From contig NEEC01000007.1 in assembly GCA_002189035.1 (NCBI GenBank), positions 3,038,001 through 3,102,000 of the forward strand: DNA of 64,000 bases, written 5' to 3'. Below, piece after piece: positions 40,768-52,544 of the stretch (position 1 is the stretch's first letter; the number at the start of each line of letters is the position of its first letter). The position numbers and the translations under genes are program-made. The stretch is from Utricularia gibba. Lineage: Eukaryota > Plantae > Magnoliophyta. The notes beneath the pieces are model-generated. The model did no database searches and was not told the DNA's origin. It saw only the letters and a program-made list of their open reading frames with translations.

Positions 40768-40912
40768 ATTCATTCTTTCACGAATCAACTCGATTCGATC
40801 GTACGCACATGAGCTCAACAATATCCAACCTCAAAAATGAATCCACAGCAGTGTCACAATCTCAAGATTATTGGTACATTCATTGTTTCAAAATCTTACA
40901 GATTTTCAGCTG

Positions 40913-43904
40913 TCAACCTTGCTGCATGATTTCTGCAAAGAGTTGTTTTGGGGCTGCAGTAACAAAAGAAACCACTTCAGTTCAAATGCTCACTAAAAAG
41001 CACATGGAAACCTGGCATTGTTACCAGGAAGTCCGGTGAACAGCTCATATTGCTTGTAAGCCTGACCAATGAGCATCTCTATCCCGGTCACAATTTTGGC
41101 CCCTGATTCTTGAGCTTCACGCAGCAGCCTGGTTACTTTGGGCACATATATGGCATCAAAAACGAGCTCATAGTAACTCAACACTCCCTAAAACAGTGGA
41201 GAAACGGGTTGATTGATGATGTGAAAAAATGAGGGCAAACTTCGGATGCAAGAATTAACATGGCAGCAACCTTCGAAATCGGGGTCTCTTCAACATTCGG
41301 TTGCATACCAACAAAAGTTGTGTTTGCAAGTATCATTCCAGTCTCTGGGGTGAAACTGCTGAGTTCGGCAAGAGTTAAAGCCTGCCCCCGACAAGATCAG
41401 CAACTTCCCGAGCACGCTCTTATGGAAACAAGATGGCCAAAAAACAACAGTACATCACCATGACTGAACTATAGCAGCAAGTGATGCCTGGACACCAATC
41501 ATAACAAAAAAAGTGGGAAATCTCACACATCAAGATGCTGCTTATGGCTCACCATATGTACGATTTGCTATCACAACTCTTGCTCCCTTCTCTTTTGCAC
41601 CATAAGCAAGTGCTTTACCAGCACCACCTGCACCTATGACAACAAACAGTTTGCCAGCCAAGGGTGATATCGTGCTGCCTTGGGAAACGGATGATCCTGC
41701 AAGCAGGGAAGTGTCAACAAGCGACAACACCATTCACACACTTGTTTGCTCCCTCAGAATACAAACAGGAACCTTGGAGTTCATTCTCAATAGCAGAAAT
41801 AGCACCAATGTAGTCCGTATTGCAACCAAAAAGCTTTCCATCATTTGCTTGTCGAACAAGACAATTAACTGCTCCAATTGACTGTAAATGATTTTAAAAC
41901 AAAAACTGTATGTATAGAAAGAGAGAGATGATCAGTAGGGAGATAACTAATGCCATACCTTTGCTACAGGATCAATTTCATCACAAAATTTGACGACTGC
42001 TTCCTTATGAGGCATCGTACAGCTGAAAGAGACACACATACACAGAATAAGTGAGAATGTATAACAGATAGATACAAGGATATATGATTACAGTTTTTAC
42101 CTGAAGCCACAAAATTCTGGGGATGTAAAAGTTTTAAGGAAACGTGAAACATCATCTACTAAAAGACGCACATAGACTCCATTAAATCCATCTTCCTTGA
42201 AGGCCCTGTTGTATAGTTTGGGAGACTTACTGTGGCTGACTGGATTCCCAATTAGCCCAAATACCTTTGTGTCGATGTTAATTGATCTGAAGTTATACAC
42301 GTTAAGCAGTTCATCTACTGTTGGCTGCCCAGGTGCTGAAACCTTCCCGGGTTCTATAGTGCCGAATGTGAGGTATCCACCGAATTTCGGAGCAAGGATT
42401 CTAGAAATCAGTCCCCGCTCTCCCATAGCCATTGCTATAATTGGGACCTGAACATTAATGTACTTCAGTATAACCACATGGAACCAACTTCAAATGTAAC
42501 ATTGCAAGCAGTTGAAAGTGAAAAGGTAGATGAACCTCTAACGCAGTGAGAAATACTAAATCTAATATTGGCTCCTGTTTAACAGAAAGATATCACAATC
42601 ATAGAAAACACATGTGATGAATGACATTGTTTTCAATGCAACATCTTACTGCCCTACTCGAAGATATTGTTTTATGCTGAGTCCTGACACCTTTGATTGG
42701 TTCTAATGTTGAGAAAAATAAAAATGGAATCCAATTCATATAATAGGATACTGCAGAAAACGATTTCATTCAAAAATGGCACAAGCAGTCAAAGACGAAA
42801 AGCCAGAATTAAAAACAAAAAATGCATGGATTCTCTTACACATATAGGCTTACTTGAGAATGGACAGCTATTTGAAAAACTCGGGCTACATCGGTGATAT
42901 CCAAAGCAGTTGTAGCAAATTTAACAATGTCAGCACCGGCTGCTTGAATTCTAGCCACAAGGCTTCCCAGCTCCTCAGCATCAGGAGTGAAATCATAGTT
43001 GTGTGAAGACACTATAATTTTGCAGTTCTCAGGTCTTTTTCCACCCAAAATATTGCGGAACTCATACACTGCCTTCAAAATGTAGGAATTATAAATTTCA
43101 TGAAGGGATGTGTTGCATATACAAAACATGTTAAAAAGAATTCATATCATTAAAAACACCCTTTCATAAGGCAATGGAAGCATATGCTAATCATGACAAG
43201 CTACCTTGAGCTCAATATCAATGTGATCTGCTCCTAACTCCATGGCCAGTCTAAGGGCTTCGAAACGAGCATTTTCATCACCACTGTATTTACCACCTTC
43301 CCAAACGGGTCTAGTGCAAAAGAATAGGATCAATTTCCGGGACAAGAATACAGAATTCATGTAGATAAATTTGCACAAAAAGCAGACAAAGCAATCATTA
43401 TACTTTCAAACTAACCAAAAGGTTACATCCCCTATGAATAACCACAAGATAGTACAGAAATTTGTTCAAAAGCTAGCGAACCTCATCCACAAGAAGCTTA
43501 GAAAAAACACACAGAAAAAATGTTCCACAAATATAGACTCCATATTGGAACTTCGCTGAAACTTGAGTGGTTGTTATGCCTGATCACATTATACTTGAAG
43601 CCAAATTCACGACCAAACGACCGATGATTCCAGATAAACACAAGGTGTTAAGATTGGATTGCCAACACAATATATACACAAAGGAGGATTATGTGCACCT
43701 GTAGGTAAATAGAGTAGGGAGAGGACATTCTTTGATGAGCCTTTCGATATTGGCAGAGTTTATGAGGCACTTTAAATAATCCAACCGAACTTCAACAATA
43801 TCCGCTCCCTTTAACTTAGCCGCATTTGACAACTGAATCATGTGATCCACAGTTTCCGCCATCAATGGTGCACATATCATGGTATCGTTCTTCCTCACCC
43901 CCAT
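40913..43904 (-). CDS. DQD/SDH: Bifunctional 3-dehydroquinate dehydratase/shikimate dehydrogenase, with an apparent 1-nt frameshift at 41385-41389
   Basis: MICAPLMAET, LPTLFTYR, WEGGKY, SSHNY, DIVKFAT, GNPVSHSKSP, CTMPHKE, IGAVN, NTDYIGA, GAGGAGKA, NRTY, FTGLPAPK. GT-AG junctions throughout. Confidence 0.93.
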
Positions 43905-45039
43905 TTCACTCTATCTGCCCTCCAGACCAGATTACACCCCTGAAAAAAGAAAATATTTTCAGTAAGTAATTCGAAAACATATATCCACAGAAGATGGGAA
44001 GCGAGAAAGTAAACTGCATTTGACGTTTTCACAAAGACAAGATTCGGCAGAAAAAAAAAAAAGATCAATTCACAAAGCCATTCCCTTCCCCCTCATCTTC
44101 TTCATAACGATACACATATTCAAACATCATCCCACAACCAATTTCAACCTCACAAAAAAAGTATTTTTCCGTTCTTACAGACTATTGATCAGAGACCACA
44201 GGATAAAAACTCCAACGTTTAAGAAGATGGGTTTGTCAGGATCGGGGCTGGTAGATAACAATGGGCGAAGAAGGGGTTGGTCTGCCGGGTTGGTGAGAGC
44301 TGTTTGGTTGGCAAATATCGCCAGAGAACGCCGCCGAGTTACCAACCTTTTCTAAACCCTCCAATCAAATGCAAGTACGTGTTGTTAGTTTGTAACTTGT
44401 ATTGAAGGTTTACTTTTATTTATAATAAATATTTTATTTTCACTCCCATCTCTAAAATTCCCTAATAATTTAGCAATAAAAATACCATTTATCATTTTTC
44501 ATAATTCCACAGGCTAATTTCTCTCCAAATATATATATACAATAATGAGTAACATTATGCAAGGTTTGCCGCTAAAAGAATGCATGCTAATTACTTGATT
44601 TTAGCACAATTGAAAATTCTAATAAAATAAGAATTGGTATATGTTTGAAAATATTTTTTTAGAATGATAATTATAGAATGAATTTATATTTGGAATATCA
44701 AAAATGAAAATTGATTTTAATAAATAAATTATACATTTATCCATATGTATTAATAATGATATTTTACAATTTTATAATTTGAAAATATTTTTTATATGCT
44801 ATTTGTATTATAGAAATATTGTACACTTTTTAAATTATAATATATGTTATTATTTTAATTTAACTATATTTATATTAAAAATTAAGATAATTCAATTATT
44901 CATAAAAAGGGAATAATTATAATTTCAATGTTAGAATCACTTCTCTAAGATCAATTCTCCTAGATAAGCCATCATCTCATACTTCTTATAGAAGTAAAGT
45001 GATTTTCAAAAATTAATTCTTATAGAATAGAATTTGACA

Positions 45040-45117
45040 TACGTTTGGAATACAGAATCAATTCTATTGGAAATCATTATGAATAGAATTGATTCTTAGG
45101 TTTTCCAAACGTAGCCT
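45040..45117. repeat. Small foldback made from Tourist-like TIR sequence
   Basis: TACGTTTGGAA-TAC-AGAATCAATTCTATT (45040-45068) pairs with AATAGAATTGATTCT-TAGGTT-TTCCAAACGTA (45082-45113), followed by GCC+TAA. Confidence 0.6.
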
Positions 45118-45633
45118 AACATTTTTAGAGTACTAGGTTGAAACAAATGAATAAATAGTCAATTGCATATTTTAGAAAATTGTATAGGTGATAAATGAAA
45201 AATTTACAAATATCGTTAAAATGTAAATTTTACTATCAAATAAAATTTATAAATCTAATTTACAATAAATCATATAAAAAATAATGAGGATTGAGAATTA
45301 GGATCGAATACGAGAAGTTTTGTAATGTTATATTAAAGTTAATGCATTCAGTTTTTCTCATGATTGAAGATTAAATCTAACCTAAAATTAAAATAATTTA
45401 ATGATAAAATGCAGAAAAACAATAAACAAGTAAAATCATATCTTTGTCAAAAATAAAGCAATATAATATCTTGATAATTTCATAAATAACATACTCATCA
45501 CTATCCTTACTCCATCTCAATCAAAAATCATTCATCTAACCAAACACAAGTTCAAGTTTACTCAAATCTTTGTTTTTCTCTAATCTTTAATCTACCTATA
45601 ATTATAGTTGACCTATAATGAATCTACCACTAA

Positions 45634-47750
45634 GAGCATCTTCATTGCTGGGCGCCCAAATCCGATGTGGCGCCCAGCTCAGCTTTGTCCGTCATTATTA
45701 TTGGTCCGTTCACCAATGTAATGATAATAAATGTCCGCAAAAAATGAGTCCTCGCCCCTTTTATTTCCACGGACAAAAACTCCTGTATATCTAAACCTAA
45801 TTCTTTTTCTCTATCTTCCTTCCGTCTTCCTTCTACAACTACGTCAAATTTCTTCGAAGGTAACAAATAGGTTTTTGAATTTCATAAAATCTTGCTCATA
45901 AGTACTTTGAAGATGTGGATATGATTAATTTCTTTATTAATGCTTATTTTGGCATCATAAATTATGTATTTGTTTTTTTAAAACCTTAAATCTAATAAAA
46001 TTGATTATATTTGTCTAATTTGTGTTTTTGAAGTAGTTATATTGCTATTTGGAAATCATTTATATTTTTTTACACTACTAGAATTATTTGAACAACTAAT
46101 CATGATGTAGAATTATTTTTTAGAAATGATACCATGCATTTCATTTAATTTTTTTCATTTATCATTATTTTCAAGCCAAAGCTACTCCAATTTTCTGAAT
46201 GTTGGTTTATTGATATGAATTTGTTTACATGGAATTAAGTTGATTTATTTATGTGTTAGTTTGGGATATTTGATGGCATTGTTTATGTGTTTACATTGTT
46301 TATATATATTTTGCATTTTTTTAATGTAGCCACAATGAGTTTGATGGCAAGATGGACTGATGAAAAAATTAGTATTTTAGTTTTAGTTTGGTTAAACACT
46401 TCTGTTAATTAAATTTCTGGCAACTCTCAAAAAGCGAATCTTTTTTGGAAAGCTATAGCTTCCTTCTACTGTGATGGAATAAAGACCAATACCAACAATG
46501 CAAAGTTTTGAGATTCTAAAGCATTAAGGAAGAAATGGGGAGAGCTAAATGCAGATGTGCAGCATTTTTTTGGCATATATGATAGTATTGAATGCAGACA
46601 TCCTAACGGTCACAATAACAATGATTTCACTGACATGGCTTTTAAGCAATATAAGGAGGTCCTTCGCAAACCTTTCATGTATTTCGTGGCTTGGAAAATA
46701 TTGCGTGATCAACCAAAGTGAAGAACAGTAAAGTTTTTTTCTTGTATTATATCTAACTATTAATTCTAGTAACCTATTGTTTGAAACTGATATAAACAAT
46801 ACAAGAAAGAAGAAAAAGAAAGTAAACATAACATCATATTCCTCATCGATACAATTGGCTATGGCTCCAAACATGGAAGAAGGAGAGGATTTAGAGACTC
46901 CAACTCTAAAGCATCCCATTGGTCAAAAGAGTGCTAAAAAACGTCTACTTCGAGGTAGTCCTTCGAGAGGCATTTCTGAAGAGAAAAGAGCTATAGTGAA
47001 ACTTTTGATTGACAAGTTAAATGAATATAAATTGGAGATAGCAAGACACAATGACTTGTTTCAGCAACATATATCTGTTAACAATGCACAAGTTTTAGTC
47101 AACTCCACACATGAGTTGAGGCTACTGATCAATATGGATATGCCAAAAATGAATGACTTCCAGAAGAAGTTGTACAGTGAGGCATGTAGCCGTGCATTAT
47201 TTAGTATGACTGCTTCAGGTTCTATTCATGATAAGCCTTCATCAAACATCAAGGTATTGCCCCTTCGGTCGAATACTTTGTGAATGGAAAGAAATATGAC
47301 ATGAGATATTATTTAGCTGATAGTATTTATCCTGAATGTCCTATTTTCATGAAAACTATTACTCTTCCACAAAATTCGAAAACAAGCTAATTTGCTACTA
47401 CTCAAGAAAGTGGAAGGAAGGATGTAGAAAGAGCATTTGGAGTGCTTCAAGCAAGATTTGGGATCATTTGCTCACCAGCTCGAATATGGGATCATCAAAT
47501 GCTTATCGATATTATGTATACGGTAAAAATTTTACACAATATAATAGTGGAAGATAAAGGTGATGAGGAGTAGCCAAGCCCTAAAATTATGATCAAATTA
47601 ATGCTGGATAACTGCCCAACCTTCTGGGACAAAATATTCATGCTTTTGAAGACTATCTTGATAGAGTTATAAAATTTAGAGAAAAAGCGTTGCACACACA
47701 ACTCAAGACGGACTTGATCAATCACATTTGGGCTAAGTGTAGTTAATTTA
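45634..47750 (+). mobile_element. Decayed PIF/Harbinger element: Myb/NAM-associated ORF1 plus the C-terminal remnant of the transposase
   Basis: TAA+GAGCATCTTCA left end. ORF1 from ~46335 reads WTDEKISILVLVWLNTSVN*ISGNSQKANLFWKAIASFY...AWKILRDQPK and HPIGQKSAK. The transposase remnant at ~47390-47745 reads QESGRKDVERAFGVLQARFGII...ILHNIIVED...TDLINHIW. The right TIR is not clearly found. Confidence 0.85.
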
Positions 47751-50700
47751 AAGTGTCTCATATTAAGTTGTTTCTTATGTTGTATGGTTAAGTGTCCCCC
47801 TCATGAATCTATTTGGGTTTGTTAAGAAATCAATGTGATTATATGGTTAACATAGTTTAATGACTAATGAGCATGCTTGTCTCTTTTAGTCTCAAGATAC
47901 TACTTGATGCTTAACTACTCATAATAAAGTGAAACAAAACTAAACCATAAACATCATTATCCACACATTCATGTCACGGCTTAGCACATATAAAGTAAAC
48001 AGTAGTACGAAATCAAAATAGTTCCAACAAAACACTAAAATAGTATTGCCGATCTACTCACAACTGAGAATAGTTCCTAATAAACAAAAAAAGTTCATAG
48101 ATAAGCTCGATTCTTCGTTTCGTCTCTCTTCTTCTTCATGGTTGTTTTACAATTTTTCTTCCAAATTCACTTTTCCATAATTGTGTTATATGTTGTTCAA
48201 AGTGGTATTTCCCTTATCTTTCTTTATTATTTTCAAAAAAATTTCTTTTCCATTTTCTTGAGATTTTTTGATTCTTTTTTCTCTCTTTTGTCCCATCTTC
48301 TTGCTATCTCCATTGTATATTTTAGGTTCTTTGGGATTTGTATTGTTGAAAACATGTTGTATTATTCAAAGAAATTTATTAGAAAAAAGATTGAGACTAA
48401 ATCTAGTCCCAATCAGGAGTAAAATACCTAATCAAATTGTGAATCAAAAAAATGTCAAATATTTAACAAAATCTTAATTTTGCATAATGATAATTGTCAA
48501 TTTCCTAATTTAAAATTACTAAAAAAACATGTGTTATCAATAAGATAACTATTTTCTTAAATTTTATAATTAGAGCTATATATTTTTAACTATTTTATCT
48601 TTAAAAAGATGATCATTCAAAGTAATAGTGATGAACCCCAACAAGATGATGAAGATCATTTGAAGAATGATGAAGATGTTGTACGAGTAAACACTTTGGA
48701 TAGTAAGAGTAAGAAGATTGAAACTTTATTTAAAACTCTACTCAACGTTATTTGAATCAAACTTAGGGTTGAAGAATTGCTATCAAAGGAATTCAACTAC
48801 TTGAAGTTGGATCTATTTTAGAACCCAAAATATCTCTTCATTTTTTTTGTGTGTTATTGGATTTAGTAGTCTTTTCTTTTTCTTTAGTTTGGGTTTAATA
48901 ATGTTAGAGTTCAATTCTATAATATAAATATTCTAAAGATGTAATTTTGGAAGTATCTTTAACTTATGTCATAAGTCTTGTGAAGAATTTACTCTTTTTT
49001 TTAGTGGTTGAACAATCTTAACTTATCAAGTTCTTAAGTTTGTAATATCCAACAATTATTATTTCTAATTCATTCTCTATTTGAAATGTGGTTCCTTATT
49101 TCTCCTTTCTTTTATAGTCTGATTGTAAAAGATTCATTTCTTTGAAAATAAATTTGGATGGATTTTTTTCTAAACATCAAATATTCTGATGTTCGTAGGT
49201 TATTAATCTTTATAAATTAGAGGGTCACATCAAATAGTACACCATTGAAAAATCATACCACATAGATTGTAATGATGAATAGCTAGAGCCTCCATGGCAC
49301 CTTGATTGAGGTGTATTTTGGGATCCTTGAAAATTATCAAAAAAAAAAAGCTAAAACACACTTTATTATTATTATTTTTTTAAAAAAGCATCTCTCTTTT
49401 CTATTTAAAAGAAAATTGGCTTTTAATTTTTATACAATAACACGCATGGAATAACTTTTAGACATGATTAAAGACACTACCGAAGACGCCTAAGTGGAAA
49501 GGTTGTTGTGCATCCATCCATGCGTAGAAGAAAGAACGTAGACCCCGACGACCAAAATTCGGGCTTTATTGTGATATAATGCAACTGTCCCGCGTGGTAA
49601 ACCTGACCGGGCCAGCAAACCACACCGGCCCGAAAGAACTCAAAAAAAAGCCCGCAATAGAGGCGGGCCGGCCTGCCAACAAAAAGCTCCCTTTCTATTC
49701 TACTTGTGCTTGCCACTCATCAGAGGATCTCTGGTAACATTTATATTTTTGCTTCTATAAAAAGTATTTTAAAAATAATTTTAATATTAAAAATGAGAGG
49801 TTTTTTTAATTTCAAAATACGCCTAATTTTTTAAGAAATTACAAACATTTATATTTTATTCGAATCACATCTCGAAAATTTAAAAATTTTTAGGATCTGT
49901 TTTGAAACAATTTTTCTTTTTGAAAACAATTACTTTAAAAGTAGTTTTTTTATCAAATAAGACTAATTTATATTTCAAAAAATATTTAGGAAGTTGAAAA
50001 TCTTTCAATTTTTATTTTTTTAAAAACATTTTTCGAAAAGTAATTTTTAAGAAATCATAGTAAACATAGGTTTAGTGTGAAGGTGGAGTAGAGGACCCGA
50101 TGGAACAAGTATGGGGATCCTTGTCACACAAGCTGGTGTGATTGCCTCCATTACACTAAGTGGGCCCCGGGACCAGGCGGGGCGTCGACCCGGACCAATT
50201 CAAAGCCACCCGGGCCCGGGGCCTCGCAAGGGTAGTAAGTAAATCCCACAATTTGTTGGAGTGGTTGGATCATTATCAAGGATCAATAAATAAATCTGCT
50301 CCCACCCTCCCCCAATGATGAGATGCCACGCAAGCCTCCAACACCGCCCATGCCGTGCCATTATCACACACTCCCTTCTTTTTTCCTTTTTAATTGAATA
50401 AACATAATAATAAATTATTATGATGATTATGATTACTATTATTATTATTATGTTTTTCGGGAATGTGGTAGCGCACGTAAATAAGAAAAAACACCCACCC
50501 ACCCGGTCAAGGAGACACGTGTGAGAAAGCGTGGGACCCAGGGCGAGCATCACGAAGGAAAGGAGATTGCACCGCACCGCCTACGAGAGAACTGGAGGAG
50601 GGGCCTCCATGACTCCAAGGATGATTCTAACCAACTGTGTCAGAAAAATCATTTTTGATGGTGTAATAAAATTTTTTTAATTTAATGTGTGAGATAGAAT

Positions 50701-51977
50701 ATATTGATGTCAATTTTTCTAAATGACTATGCTTCAAAAATAGCAATGTCCATAACCCAATATAGAATTTTTCGACTGCATTGTTCAATAGGAGCATATT
50801 TTTTGGTATGTGCTAACAAGTGAAAATATAGAATTTGAGTGCAACTACTTTTAAAAGAATAAATGCTTGATGGTGTAAACAAAAGTTAATTTGAAAAAAT
50901 GCAAATTGTGGGTTGGGGCAGCTCAGAGCAGAGAAAAGGGGATGGTTCGTTCATAAATTGAGTCGTAGGATGGATGGATGGATGGATCTTGTAGTGAAAA
51001 GGAGAGGGCGGAGGTACCATTGACGATGCGCGCGGTACGACTCCGAGTGCCGCTTTCGAAAGCAACGGCTACGCAACTTTCCTTGACGTGACCCTGCCTC
51101 TCTCTCTGTGTCTGTCCTGTCCTGGGAGGGGAGTTTCTTCTTCTTTTCACCCCAATTCCAAAATGCACGCCGCATTAGGACTAGGGAATAGGGATCCCCT
51201 CCCTCCAGTTTTCCGAAAACGGCGCGGTGCCCCTCCCTTCCCCTTCCCCTTCCGCTTTCGCTTTCGCTTTCTAGATCGGGGGCCGGACCGGAGGGAGGAG
51301 CAGCTGCGGGTGCGGGACACGGATGGATTTTCAAGCTTAATAAAAAAAAACACACACACACACAATTGTGAAAAAGAGCAGAGGAGATGATATGCGCCTC
51401 GCCTGCTCCTGCGCATTTGGGACGGGACGCACATCAGATCATAACTAGCTAATTTGTACATAATCTTTCCAATCTTCACCTATTCTAAATCTGTTAATTA
51501 AATACAAAAAAAATATATCTATTAAATATAATTATAATATCAACCAAGGAACATAAATCCAACAAATTGTCGGGTCGGGGTGTTTCTTTTCTTTGACGAG
51601 AAAATAAATATAAAGATAAAAGATTGCAAAGAGTTTTTAATGGTATGATAAGGCTTGCTAGATTCTTGGAATCATCACTTGTTATATATAGTTTAAAGGT
51701 GTGTTGGTTGGCATGCGAGCGATACAACATGAATAGTGAGTGTATCCAGTATCCTATTCCTTGTTGTTAGGTTGGGAGGACGCGACGCGATCACATTTCC
51801 TCCCTCCCTCCAGTCCCGGGGATGGCCCACCAACACCAACGACAACATCAACTTAATTTATATTCCAATTAAATATAAATCCACTGTGCAGGCACAGTCA
51901 TGCAGGCAGGCAGGCAGGCAGCTGCTGGGACCCACACTCAAGGTCAAGCCTCGGCGCATCCCTTCCCTCCCTTGGAT

Positions 51978-52085
51978 GCCTCTGCTGCTGCTGCTGCTGC
52001 TGCATTCCATTGGTTGGTCGGTTCCCGACTGGCGCCTTTGCTTTGCCAGTCCACCACGCGGCCTCTGCTGCTGCTGCTGCTGCAT
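51978..52085 (+). repeat. Two GCCT(CTG)nCAT microsatellite units (n=7 and n=6)
   Basis: Read directly at 51978-52005 and 52061-52085. Confidence 0.8.
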
Positions 52086-52544
52086 CGGATACCCATTTCC
52101 CAGTTCCAGTTCCAGTGTGCTGTAAATAACAAAATTAATATTTACAGAATCTCTCCAGGTGGATGATGAAACAAACTTAGGGTTGGTTAATGAGGGGGAA
52201 ATGAGTGCCCAAGGTTACCATCACATGGACCGGACTGACTGGGACTTAGTTCCTCTTTTACCCTCATTTATACCTACTAATGAATGAGTGAGTTACCCAT
52301 CAGTCAAAAGTCAAACCAAACCCCTGATTAATTAATTATTTAATTAAGCACTCTCACCACCCACTAATTAATATACCTATTTTGCCTTGCAAACTAAAGA
52401 TGGGGTGTGGGGGGCCAATTTTAAACATGTACATCTCTCCCACATAAATTTGAGTTACGCACATCCTCAAAAAATCTTTTCCAAATTGGGCATCCTTCAT
52501 TTAACTATTTACAATAAATTTTCAATGTATCTTGTGAAATAACG

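Noticed and set aside
47760-49330. Possible further LTR-retrotransposon remnant
   Set aside because: The composition is suggestive, but I found no termini, TSD or coding motif to support a call.
50923-52166. Small ORFs as signalling peptides (PIP/IDA/DVL-like)
   Set aside because: No complete conserved peptide motif or clear signal peptide; the frames arise from GC-rich simple repeats.
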